IMG/VR virus record: IMGVR_UViG_3300045738_001741
Location: 1-54,386 of that record
Length of the DNA stretch: 54,386 nt
Strand: one strand, 5' to 3'
Source: a virus
Lineage: Duplodnaviria; Caudoviricetes
Position 1 is the first letter of the stretch, and every line of letters starts with the position of its first letter. The notes under the pieces were generated by a model. That model did no database searches. It was not told the DNA's origin and worked only from the letters and a program-made list of their open reading frames with translations. The translations under genes were made by a program, and so were the position numbers. Below, one piece after another: positions 9,820-19,197 of this stretch.

Positions 9820-10443
9820 CTATTTTCGAACCATCCCTGTGCCGTATCTAGTTTCTAAAATAACTGGCTTTCTATTCCTTACCTTGCAAAAGGTAGAAAA
9901 CGCTTCTGCGGCTGGCTCATGTGAAACAACATATTCCATCACGATGGTTCCACCCAAGCTCATTTGAGGCCATAATATTTCTAGATAAGAAAGAAGTGTA
10001 TCGTAATCTAACTGCTCATTCACAAAAGCAATATCCCACTCGAATTTAGAAAACCTATTTTCAAAGTTTACATCAGAAACATTCCCATAATATAAATCAA
10101 TATCACCTTTATAGTATCTTTTTATATTATTTAGAGCTATGCGTGATGAATAGAAGTTATCTTGGTCAGCCTGCTGAAATCCTAAAAAATGTTTAATAGT
10201 CTTGCAGCTATTAAAGAAACAAGAAGCAAGGAGGCCCAATCTAAAGCCAAGCTGCACACACGTTTTTGGATAAACATGTTTTCCAAGATAGTAATAGAAA
10301 GGAACATACCTCGGATCAACGTAAGCACTTGTCTTTCTAGATGCCTCGTTTATAAAGCTAAGTGAATCCAAGAGTATTCTTGAACTCACTATCTCCATAC
10401 TCAATTCATCCCCCACCTGGGCAGCAAGTTCTTGTAATTCCAA
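9820..10443 (-). CDS. class I SAM-dependent methyltransferase-like (Methyltransf_24-like), degenerate
   Basis: CVQLGFRLG motif I-like, WDIAFVN, WPQMSLGGTIVME, TRYGTG; TTG start. Confidence 0.6.
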   Translation of the reverse strand: MELQELAAQVGDELSMEIVSSRILLDSLSFINEASRKTSAYVDPRYVPFYYYLGKHVYPKTCVQLGFRLGLLASCFFNSCKTIKHFLGFQQADQDNFYSSRIALNNIKRYYKGDIDLYYGNVSDVNFENRFSKFEWDIAFVNEQLDYDTLLSYLEILWPQMSLGGTIVMEYVVSHEPAAEAFSTFCKVRNRKPVILETRYGTGMVRK

Positions 10444-10602
10444 AATATTGACCTCACCTATCTAAAAAAGCGACCACCCCCTATCGCCCCAATTGTTTAC
10501 AAGACTTGAGAGTGGCCGCTCGTATAATAGATAATATATAATAATAAGAGTATGTACAAAAAAAAAAGGGAGATTACTTAGAAACAACCAAGTATCTCCC
10601 TC

Positions 10603-10763
10603 CCTTGGCTGGTTAGTGGGACTTTACGCCCCATTTGGGAGCTACTTAGGCCGTGCCTCAAAGCATCCGCCCTCTGTGCAAGTAGGTTCATCCCCTTTTT
10701 ACGTTGCACCATCCGCACAGGCAGGTTCAACATATTTTTTGAAGACTAAAGACCACGCCAAGG
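10603..10763 (-). ncRNA. putative structured ncRNA (~160 nt)
   Basis: ends pair (ccttggc-tgg-ttagt / actaa-cca-gccaagg); internal ctgtgc/gcacag and gggac-ttta-cgccc stems; TATATA just upstream on the minus strand. Confidence 0.5.
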
Positions 10764-10826
10764 ATAGTTATATAGAATATATTAACACAAATATTGATGC
10801 AAAGAACAGGCTCAGTCTTAAAAGAC

Positions 10827-11648
10827 CTAACCTGTTCTTTTAAGTCTTTCTTCTGAAACTTCTATGTTTTCATCTAAAAGATCAATGCCAACATATTTTC
10901 GTTGCATTCTCTTAGCCACAACTGCTGTAGTCCCTGAACCTAAAAAAGGGTCAAGAACAACATCGCCTTCCTTTGTAAACAATTTAATGAACCATTCAGG
11001 CAAACTTTCAGGAAAAGCTGCGCTATGCTTCCTATTGGAACATTCTGTAGCTAGATGAAGCACATTTGTGGGGTAAACCATGTCACGCCCAACCCAATTA
11101 GAGACATTCTTTCCAAAACCTGACTGAACCTTCGATGGATCACGTTTTTTGTCTGTTTCACTTAGATTCTTCAGACGAGATTTAGACCAATCTCCCACTG
11201 GAACCATCACTTCCTCCTGATACATGTCAAACTTCTTTTCCTTGTTAAATTGAAGCGCTCTTTCCCAAGAATCCCTGAATCTATTCGGCCATTTGCCAGG
11301 AAAACAATTCTTTTTGCACCAAATATACTCTTCCGTCCACAACCAACCTTGAGATCGCATATTTTGGATTAAATCTAAAACATAAGTGTGCCTTTCACCA
11401 GAAACCACCTTCTCCTTGATGTTTATAATGAAAGTCCCCTTGGGCTTCAAAACTCGTTGAAGCTCCTCCGAAATTGGCAGAAACCACTCAACATACTTAT
11501 CAGGGCTTACACCACCATAAGTATTCTTGCGATTATCGGCATACGGGGGCGATGTGACTATAAGCTGAAAAAAATCATTATCATAATTATGCAATACATC
11601 CTTGCAGTTCCCCTTAATAATCGCATCTATCGGATTTCTAATTGTCAA
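10827..11648 (-). CDS. DNA amino-methyltransferase, beta class (probably N4-cytosine)
   Basis: TSPPY catalytic motif before HSAAFP and DPFLGSGTT. Confidence 0.92.
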   Translation of the reverse strand: MTIRNPIDAIIKGNCKDVLHNYDNDFFQLIVTSPPYADNRKNTYGGVSPDKYVEWFLPISEELQRVLKPKGTFIINIKEKVVSGERHTYVLDLIQNMRSQGWLWTEEYIWCKKNCFPGKWPNRFRDSWERALQFNKEKKFDMYQEEVMVPVGDWSKSRLKNLSETDKKRDPSKVQSGFGKNVSNWVGRDMVYPTNVLHLATECSNRKHSAAFPESLPEWFIKLFTKEGDVVLDPFLGSGTTAVVAKRMQRKYVGIDLLDENIEVSEERLKRTG

Positions 11649-12511
11649 TTATTAATCAACTTTATAATATCCATAAGACGACTCCCCACCACCTTACATG
11701 CTGTAGAACATTTATTGTCTCTACGAAATGGGCGACTCAACCTTCCTAAATTGTCAGGCAAGATGATCGTTAATTGCCTTGTAGCACTAATTCGATCCAA
11801 CTCAGCACACACAGCTTCAACGGAGTACCTATTGAGAACATAGTTTTTTTCATGAGTAGGCATAACGCCATCTTCTCTATACTTTTTATATAGTTCGCCC
11901 GTGCGTGGGGGGCGTGTATGTTTCACACGCACCGCATCGATAATACCGCACCTTTTATGCCCCACTAATTTAGGCCAAGCCCAATCAAACCCCCAACCAC
12001 TAAAAGTTTCTTTGAAGGTGCGACGAACAATTTGAAAAGTCGATTGATTGAAAATTGGAGCCATAACTTCGACTACATTTGTATATCGAAGTACATTTTT
12101 TGGATCATTCATAGTGATGGACAAAGAATGAAAACTATCTTTTGTCAAAGATGGTTGAGCTACATTTAAATTGTATGCTATAAAAATATCAAACATCTTG
12201 TTTAATTCACTAGTATCAGCCAGCAAATCATCATCTGGACACCAAATGGCGTCATACTCTTTTATTTCTTCTTCATGCTCAGCAACAGCATCATAAATTA
12301 GATGGTATTTATATCCTGTCTTTTCAATGTAATAAAGAGCGTCTTTCTCATAACGACCTGGAGTATCCCCATAGTAGATCAACATCAAATCAAAATTCTG
12401 AATTTTGGGGTTATCAATCCAATACGTATGTAAAGAATCATCTCCAACCGCAGCAATTATCAGATTACGATTCTTTACAGGCTTGAATAAACTTTTTAAC
12501 AACTCAATCAT
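11645..12511 (-). CDS. DUF707-like putative glycosyltransferase
   Basis: YDAIWCPDDD, AQPSL, VEVMAPIF, SGWGFDWAW, GIIDA..VKH. Confidence 0.75.
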   Translation of the reverse strand: MIELLKSLFKPVKNRNLIIAAVGDDSLHTYWIDNPKIQNFDLMLIYYGDTPGRYEKDALYYIEKTGYKYHLIYDAVAEHEEEIKEYDAIWCPDDDLLADTSELNKMFDIFIAYNLNVAQPSLTKDSFHSLSITMNDPKNVLRYTNVVEVMAPIFNQSTFQIVRRTFKETFSGWGFDWAWPKLVGHKRCGIIDAVRVKHTRPPRTGELYKKYREDGVMPTHEKNYVLNRYSVEAVCAELDRISATRQLTIILPDNLGRLSRPFRRDNKCSTACKVVGSRLMDIIKLINN

Positions 12512-13049
12512 CCGCCTTACCTATGATGTTATCTATCTTGCCTTCCATATCGGCATCCTGCTTCACCTTAAGAGTAGATTCGAAAAACTGTCTTTCCATC
12601 TCTTTGCGAAGAGTGTTTCCTCGATTCTGAGCAGAATCGTGTGCTTTGTCCCATGCTCGTAGATGCTGCTGTAAATTCTTAACAGTGTGTTTCGCACGAG
12701 CAATACGGTTCTTACACTCCTCGATTTCTGGATCGGATTTAGCATTCGCATCAGCTAACTTGTCAGAGCAACCGTTTTCCTTGTGACCTGAAAATAAAGA
12801 AGAATATTTAGTTTCATATATGGCATCACAGGAATCTTTGATATATTCGGCATCGGCCAGTTGGCGAGCAAAATAAGCATACCATGCGCCAGCCTCTTCA
12901 AGCCATCTGCCAACGGTGGCCTCATTGAATATCAATCTCTTGGGATCAAGAGTTACTATTTGCGTACCCACCTTAACGCTAGGGCAGGTATCTAAAATTT
13001 CTTCCAAAGTTTCTATGGTTACATCGGTTACGTCGGTTACGTCGGTCAT
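12504..13049 (-). CDS. UvsY-like recombination mediator
   Basis: long helical protein with SDKLADANAKSDPE; next to helicase; N-terminal TDV x3 from a 9-nt repeat. Confidence 0.55.
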   Translation of the reverse strand: MTDVTDVTDVTIETLEEILDTCPSVKVGTQIVTLDPKRLIFNEATVGRWLEEAGAWYAYFARQLADAEYIKDSCDAIYETKYSSLFSGHKENGCSDKLADANAKSDPEIEECKNRIARAKHTVKNLQQHLRAWDKAHDSAQNRGNTLRKEMERQFFESTLKVKQDADMEGKIDNIIGKADD

Positions 13050-13088
13050 TTTATTTCTCCTGTTATTATCAGAGTATTTATAGTCAAT

Positions 13089-14765
13089 TTATAGTTCTGG
13101 GGCTGGCCCCTTGACTTCTAAATCGTCATCGTCATCGTCATTTTCTTGAGAGAAATTTGCCTTACGAACCTCTAGTGCCTGCAAGTGGTCATCGGCATTA
13201 CCCACAATGTCAGCAACCTGTTTCTCTTCCTTAGATAACTCACGTCCAATCTGCCCGGTACTGTGCCCCTCAAGATTCGATTGAAACTCTTTAAGTATAC
13301 GGTTGTAAGTGTCCTTAGAAATCTGTCGCATACAAAGTGTAATACGATTGATTTCTATATGGAAAGTATATTTCCCCTCACCATTTCTATTCTTAGAAAC
13401 ATGAACCCTCGCCAACCGAATAGGACGACAGTCATTCTCGTCTTTAAATTGATTGATTGTCCACAAAGCATCAAGAGGCTTCACCTGATCGAAAGAATCT
13501 CCAATGTTGTCATCATCGATTACATCGCCCTGCTTCACCAATTCTTTAGCACTACGATTAGCCTGCATAGCAGTGAGAACGCACACTTGTTCGGATACTG
13601 CCCAGCCACGTAGATCACGAACTATTCGATAGCGAGACTCATAGGTTTTCATTCCAGAAAAGTCTTTCATCTCACCAATATAATCCACGATAATCAAATC
13701 GGGAACAAACCCTTGCAACTTCAGTTGATTGTGATAAGCCAACAAATCATTTGGCGACATCGTACCACCTGGAAACTGTTTGATGACCAAGAGTCTCTTA
13801 TCTTCTTTGTCCTCTACATAATCACCCAAAGCTTTTATTACCAGTTCTGGATGGTTCTTCTCCATTAGCGTATTAATGCCCGGTAGATCATCTAGCCCCT
13901 CTGGATTGGCCAACTGACAATCAAATCTATCGGCAGTTAAATCTTGAGAGTTCTCTAACGTGACGTAGAGAACCTTTTTACCATTGTTTAGATTCGATAT
14001 TGCCGCTCGAACCAATGCCAGAGATTTACCAGTACCCGACAACCCCATCCAAGCGGCAATCTCTCCTCGGCTTAATCCGCCACCAATCATGTGATCGTCA
14101 ATGGCCTTGAAACCACTCGTGAATATATCCCCCTCTTCGGCAGATTTTTTCTTGCGAGCATAGCGTTCTTCTACGCTTTCAAAATAGTTCTCACCCATAT
14201 CAATATCACGATCCACCACCAAGGCGTCACGCAACATCCCCTTAATTTTTTCCCAATCTCGACTACCTTTGAACTCCTGAATACAAAGATGAAAGCTAAT
14301 CTTTAATTCGGCTTCCTTAGCGAAATCAGTAATTTTGTCGCTGTAGTATCGGCGAGCCTCCAAGCCGGGGGCATAAAACTGTAGTACGGTGCTGAATTCT
14401 TTAAGATAGTGAACTCGGACATCGGCATCTTTAGTTTTCGTAGCATCCCGAATTTCCTGCCCCATCTGGATGCGAGTGGGCAAACTCCCATACTCTTCGT
14501 AATGTTTGAAAAGTATGCGGCAAATTCTTTGATGAACATCGTTGGTAAAATAGGTGTGCTTGACCAACGCCATGTTCTGCCTACAAAACGATTCATCCTG
14601 CAAGAATAACCCCAATATTTCCCGTTGGAATTCTTCATCCCATTGATAGGCATCATCAGAGACAGCATCAGGATCACCTGAGATCAAATTCTCAAGCTCC
14701 TGCTGTTCCTCTAATGTCAACTCTTCCTCGGTAGGCGTAACGTCCACTTCTTCTTGCTGCATCAA
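13089..14765 (-). CDS. replicative DnaB/gp41-like helicase
   Basis: TSGF..ID...GGGL, GLSGTGKS, YVTLE, IIVDY, TAMQANR, KNRNG. Confidence 0.92.
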   Translation of the reverse strand: MMQQEEVDVTPTEEELTLEEQQELENLISGDPDAVSDDAYQWDEEFQREILGLFLQDESFCRQNMALVKHTYFTNDVHQRICRILFKHYEEYGSLPTRIQMGQEIRDATKTKDADVRVHYLKEFSTVLQFYAPGLEARRYYSDKITDFAKEAELKISFHLCIQEFKGSRDWEKIKGMLRDALVVDRDIDMGENYFESVEERYARKKKSAEEGDIFTSGFKAIDDHMIGGGLSRGEIAAWMGLSGTGKSLALVRAAISNLNNGKKVLYVTLENSQDLTADRFDCQLANPEGLDDLPGINTLMEKNHPELVIKALGDYVEDKEDKRLLVIKQFPGGTMSPNDLLAYHNQLKLQGFVPDLIIVDYIGEMKDFSGMKTYESRYRIVRDLRGWAVSEQVCVLTAMQANRSAKELVKQGDVIDDDNIGDSFDQVKPLDALWTINQFKDENDCRPIRLARVHVSKNRNGEGKYTFHIEINRITLCMRQISKDTYNRILKEFQSNLEGHSTGQIGRELSKEEKQVADIVGNADDHLQALEVRKANFSQENDDDDDDLEVKGPAPEL

Positions 14766-15253
14766 TTCCCCTCCGGCATATCTAACGTCACTGCTATCGT
14801 ATGACTTTTACTTCCCCAACTTGGACCCTCGTCGGCAATAAGCCAGCCGGTCATGCCTGCCTTCATCATAGGAACGATGACCCTTAAATTTGGCATAAGA
14901 AGTGTAGAGTTTTTAATTTTGCACCAAGATGCCCAAAATACTTTTTCTATCTCACCGGGACTAGGCTTAGGTTCTTTATACCATACAGGAATTTTTACAC
15001 AATATACAAATCCCCAACTCCCAACAATCGTGCCCATGTGTTCACAACAATCTACATGAGGACACATGCCAGCTTCTTCCTGTAGCTCTCTGATTGCAGC
15101 TTGGATCGGGGATTCGCCCGGCTCTACCTTGCCGCCAACCAAGTTGTATTTTCCTTTTTGCCAAGCTGGCTTCATTTTTTCTACAATCAATATATCGTTA
15201 CTATTGTTACGCTCTCCCACTAATCGAGCATAAACCAACACGTATTCTTGCAT
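14762..15253 (-). CDS. NUDIX hydrolase
   Basis: Nudix box GGKVEPGESPIQAAIRELQEEAG. Confidence 0.92.
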   Translation of the reverse strand: MQEYVLVYARLVGERNNSNDILIVEKMKPAWQKGKYNLVGGKVEPGESPIQAAIRELQEEAGMCPHVDCCEHMGTIVGSWGFVYCVKIPVWYKEPKPSPGEIEKVFWASWCKIKNSTLLMPNLRVIVPMMKAGMTGWLIADEGPSWGSKSHTIAVTLDMPEGN

Positions 15254-15282
15254 CTAATCATTCCTGATATGAAATGAAAAAA

Positions 15283-15345
15283 ATGTCCGCCGCACTTCGC
15301 AAGTCATACTTGGGCTTCATACCTTGTTTGGCTATGCGGCGGACA
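15283..15345. repeat. inverted repeat with long loop
   Basis: atgtccgccgca ... tgcggcggacat. Confidence 0.7.
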
Positions 15346-15347
15346 TA

Positions 15348-15381
15348 TAAAAAACGGCAGTGGCAAAAAAGCCACTGCCGT
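15348..15381 (-). terminator. intrinsic terminator downstream of sigma-like gene
   Basis: acggcagtggc-aaaaaa-gccactgccgt perfect 11-bp stem with T-run on the minus strand. Confidence 0.75.
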
Positions 15382-15394
15382 CTAGTCTAACAAA

Positions 15395-15955
15395 TCACCC
15401 TGTGACAAGGTAGTCATATTCACTCAAACTAACCTGCCCACTACGAATGACTTTCTCTCTCGTAATTTTCTTGCCCATAGATTTCTGGGCATTCCATGTA
15501 ATAGACTTACAGTAAGTACAGAATTTAGCATCAATTCGCAATGCTGCGGTTTTTGATGGTCGTTCTGACTTAGGCACCAACAGTCTAGACAATTTATCTA
15601 GCAATTTCTCCTGATGCGGACCAAACTTTTGTCTATTGGCCCCGTGTCTAGTTTTGTTTTTCCACAGTTCACATAGTTCTCCAACAAGGCACTTCATAAA
15701 CCGGTCTTTTGCATATTTTGTACAAAGTTCAAGATTGGCTACAACGTAGACTTGCCTCTTATAGTAAGAGCCTGCCCTTATCAGAGCTATTCGTAGTTCT
15801 TGTGCAATATCTGTTTGTTCGTCGGTATGGTTGTTTCTAGAGTTCTTTTTAATTAGTTGCCATGCTGCATATTCACAAAGGTCTCCGAACTTCTCATCGA
15901 GAAGCATGTATTCCTCTGTTGTTACTGGAAATGCACTGAATATCGATTTCATCAC
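15395..15955 (-). CDS. sigma70 region-2-like protein (candidate phage sigma factor)
   Basis: DIAQELRIALIRA resembles region 2.2; AKFCTYCKSITWNA resembles region 2.3/2.4; no region 4. Confidence 0.5.
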   Translation of the reverse strand: MMKSIFSAFPVTTEEYMLLDEKFGDLCEYAAWQLIKKNSRNNHTDEQTDIAQELRIALIRAGSYYKRQVYVVANLELCTKYAKDRFMKCLVGELCELWKNKTRHGANRQKFGPHQEKLLDKLSRLLVPKSERPSKTAALRIDAKFCTYCKSITWNAQKSMGKKITREKVIRSGQVSLSEYDYLVTG

Positions 15956-15962
15956 GTCCTTT

Positions 15963-17234
15963 CTAAGCTGCCACCGGCTTAAGTCGATTCAAATTAAGAC
16001 CGGTATGACATGAAACTTTCAATTGAAGTCTTGGGTATAAATCACTCTTTGCTTCCAATACATTCTTCGCCAAATTGTACACCTTTTGACAATCGTTAGG
16101 ATTCACATAAAGAATATAACCATCATGGATGTGAAATCCTATTTTAGACTCCTTCAAAGCGGCGTGTAGTTGAACCAACTTATCCAAACAAATTAGAGAC
16201 GCTGGAGATTGAACAACAAAGTTCCTAATTCGATGGTCAACTGTTTCAAACTTACGTCGTTTACCAAATACATCCACTGCAAAACCATCATCGCCAATTG
16301 ATTGCTTGCTTATCCAATCCATCGCCACGGAATACTTGGAATAGATTTTATCTACAAACTTCTTTGCGGTTTCAATGGGTAGGTTCCCCACTTTTGCAAC
16401 AGACTCAACTCCCTGACCGAAAACGATAGGGAGAAACATTGATTTGCATCTTTTTCTAAAATCATCACTGGCGTCGAGAGTGGTAAGGTCTTTCCAAATT
16501 GCATTGTAAAGATCATCCCCCGACTCCAAAATTCTACCCAGCACGGGATCGCCGGATAACCACTGTAGTACCGATACTTCCATATGTCTAAAATCGAAAT
16601 ACATGAAAATATCATCGAAACTAGACGGTCGTAAAACCTCCCGCTCAGCTTCGGACAGAGAATGCGGATTAAAGCTATCTTGAGATATTTTAGAACACTT
16701 CATTCGGCCATTAACCTGTCCTGCGACCTCGTAAAATGACCAAAGCTTTTTCCTTAGCTCTGTGTTGATGACGCCATTGCACTCCATCTGTGGGACTACC
16801 CTGGCAATCAAGGGAAGGTATATAGAACGGTAAAGTCGTTTTATCTTTGGCCAAGATGAAGTTTCCACGATACTAGAAAGCCGGGTTTGGGCAGCACGAA
16901 AGCTCTGGGGCATCTTCTCATTAATCCCCAAATATGCCTCCAATACCCGCAAATCTAACAAGCTGCTTTCTATATCGTAAACTATCCCCGTGTATTTCAG
17001 CAAATGCGAAAATAGGTTTTTTATGTTCCACCCAATCACAACCGTAGAGGGATTGTTTATATAGAAATCTATCTCCCCGACCTGCTCCGCAAGCTGGCGT
17101 CGAGTGGTGGCCAATTCCATCTCCAGACGTTTATTTCCTCCGATGAGGATTAGCTTTTTTATAGAAGTACCCTCTACGCCTACAAAAACGTTTTGCTCAG
17201 TCATCTCTTCCAGTGCTTCTGCTAAGTCGCTCAT
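15963..17234 (-). CDS. family A DNA polymerase, minimised (thumb largely deleted, vestigial exonuclease)
   Basis: NGRM, motif A DFRHME, motif B RKRCKSMFLPIVFG, FGKRR, NFVVQS, motif C HIHDG; 423 aa. Confidence 0.85.
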   Translation of the reverse strand: MSDLAEALEEMTEQNVFVGVEGTSIKKLILIGGNKRLEMELATTRRQLAEQVGEIDFYINNPSTVVIGWNIKNLFSHLLKYTGIVYDIESSLLDLRVLEAYLGINEKMPQSFRAAQTRLSSIVETSSWPKIKRLYRSIYLPLIARVVPQMECNGVINTELRKKLWSFYEVAGQVNGRMKCSKISQDSFNPHSLSEAEREVLRPSSFDDIFMYFDFRHMEVSVLQWLSGDPVLGRILESGDDLYNAIWKDLTTLDASDDFRKRCKSMFLPIVFGQGVESVAKVGNLPIETAKKFVDKIYSKYSVAMDWISKQSIGDDGFAVDVFGKRRKFETVDHRIRNFVVQSPASLICLDKLVQLHAALKESKIGFHIHDGYILYVNPNDCQKVYNLAKNVLEAKSDLYPRLQLKVSCHTGLNLNRLKPVAA

Positions 17235-17289
17235 AACCCTAACTATAGCAAAAAAAACTTATTAAAACAAGATAGAAAAAATGATATTA

Positions 17290-17800
17290 TAAGGGCAGTA
17301 TGAGCGCATACCCTGCACCAATTTTGTACTGGTTCAAAGTGTTCAATCAATATCAATAATTAGTTAATTGATAGAGATAGAGCAATTTGCAGTGCAAAAG
17401 TGTTATGTATCCTTGAGTTTGTACTCCAAGGCATACAATGTACGATATTGAAATCCAGTATAGAGAAAATAGCTTCTTCCACTATTTGATTCTCCATTTT
17501 ATGAGTGTCCTAACCAAAGCAAAGGAAAAGATTAATCTTCTTTCAAAAATTACTTTTCACCCCTAAAGTTCCACAACATCTTTGGAATGTTGCATCAACT
17601 TCACCAGATAATGGGGATGGTTGCAAATACCTTGGCATACCTCCACTCTTTGAGTGATGTAGACGTGCAGTTACGTCCGATTAACGACCAGGGTTACGTC
17701 GTACTCAGGTTTTCGACATCAGGCTGCGGAAAGGGATTTCATCGTTCCATTCCTGATGGGGCCAATTGATGCCCAGCATGAATTTGTTTTTTATAGGTTT
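17290..17800 (-). ncRNA. putative large structured RNA or origin element
   Basis: ORF-poor, many local hairpins and long-range pairings, downstream of a strong minus-strand promoter. Confidence 0.5.
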
Positions 17801-17805
17801 GCTCT

Positions 17806-17864
17806 AGTATAGAAGGTTCGAAAACAAAGTCAACCTTGACTTACAATTTTCTTTTCATTATTAT
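17806..17864. promoter_or_regulatory. back-to-back divergent sigma70-like promoters
   Basis: minus: TTGACT-N16-TATACT (17833-17806); plus: TTGACT-N17-TATTAT (17836-17864); the -35 boxes form agtcaa-cc-ttgact. Confidence 0.7.
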
Positions 17865-17987
17865 TGGAAAACATAAAATTCATAGAAAGGTGTTTGGAAA
17901 TGAGTGAAAAATTAAGTAACATTAAAGAACCTAATCAACTAAAAGATTGTGCGGCATTACATCACGATGATTAAAGGAAATTTGTAA

Positions 17988-18473
17988 ATGAGAATAGACC
18001 ACATAGCATACGGGGTCAAAAACATAAATGAAACGGTTGAGTTTTTTCAAGAAGCTTTTGGTTACAAGATAGCTGACGAATTTCAAATTAGTTTCGGTGA
18101 CAATTCTACTGCTAAATGTATTACATTAAACCCTCCAGAAAAAATTAGGTGTATGCCATATAAATTTGTTCATGTTGGAGTTTGGGATTTACATTTGGCA
18201 CCTGAAATTTATGTGATAGATGGTAGTTCTGATTCCGTAGTGGGCAAATGGGTGGCTGAGAGAAATGGTATAGGTGGAATACATCATGTGGCTTATCAGG
18301 TAACATCTGTTAAAGATACTATGGCAGAATGGAAAGAAAAAGGGTATGCTGAATTTACCACTGATGATCCTCTAATGCATCCTGGTATAAGTCGATGTTA
18401 TACCAAGCCATGTAAATTAACTGGGATTGTCTATGAATTTATTGAACGAGATAAAAATTTACATTTGAGATAA
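17988..18473 (+). CDS. VOC (glyoxalase/epimerase-like) family metalloenzyme
   Basis: RIDHIAYGV, GGIHHVAYQV, YEFIER. Confidence 0.85.
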   Translation: MRIDHIAYGVKNINETVEFFQEAFGYKIADEFQISFGDNSTAKCITLNPPEKIRCMPYKFVHVGVWDLHLAPEIYVIDGSSDSVVGKWVAERNGIGGIHHVAYQVTSVKDTMAEWKEKGYAEFTTDDPLMHPGISRCYTKPCKLTGIVYEFIERDKNLHLR

Positions 18474-18498
18474 AACAACACTTGATGATAGGTAAAGC

Positions 18499-19197
18499 AT
18501 GGACCCTCTTGAACTGATTTTGAAATATCAAATGGATGAATTGCAGGCGAAAGCCTACAAAATTTCATTGATGTGGATCGATCTTTCTAGAAAAGAATTT
18601 CCAAACTATCAACATGTTAGATTTAGAAAAACTGGCGATCCTAGGAAATCGCTTCTTTTCAAACATTGTTACAAACTTGCTCGTGAAACAAATGGACTAC
18701 TGCCGGATAAAGAATATCGCTTATATATTTTGTCGCAATTGCACATTTTGAGGGGTATTACAGATGGCGAGATTCACGCTCTGATTGATCCGCAATGTTT
18801 GCATGGTGAAAAAGCGTGGAGAAGATGGCAAGTTTGGAAAAAAAGGTATGATGCCCATCGTAGGCAAACCCAAACAGTAGAAAGTCTAGAAGTAGATCAG
18901 TTTTCTCGTACAAAAGCGGAACTCGAAAAGACAAAGTTGTTTTTAGATTCGCATGAGTGCCTACTTTTTAAGCAGTACAAAGAAAAGGTTTTAGATCGAA
19001 CAATTATTAAATGGGTTACATTTGGCTGGGTTAGCCCAATTTATGCAATTCTAAGTCCTTGGATGAAAAAAGTCATCGGGGATATTGAGGAAAATTACTC
19101 CTTCGATCTATCGATCTATAAACCAGGGATTACTGAAGAGGTCGAAGAGGAGTTTGCTAGATTATTCGAACATGAATATAGGTTAGAAAATGAATGA
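18499..19197 (+). CDS. hypothetical protein
   Basis: 232 aa ORF. Confidence 0.75.
   Translation: MDPLELILKYQMDELQAKAYKISLMWIDLSRKEFPNYQHVRFRKTGDPRKSLLFKHCYKLARETNGLLPDKEYRLYILSQLHILRGITDGEIHALIDPQCLHGEKAWRRWQVWKKRYDAHRRQTQTVESLEVDQFSRTKAELEKTKLFLDSHECLLFKQYKEKVLDRTIIKWVTFGWVSPIYAILSPWMKKVIGDIEENYSFDLSIYKPGITEEVEEEFARLFEHEYRLENE

Noticed and set aside
10740-10775. Group I intron core (agacta)
   Set aside because: No convincing complementary S element and no interrupted gene
10827-11648. Restriction-modification system
   Set aside because: No adjacent endonuclease; orphan MTases are ordinary in phages
17587-17769. 60 aa ORF in the large intergenic region
   Set aside because: No SD, antisense to the strong promoter, and coincides with the densest stem cluster
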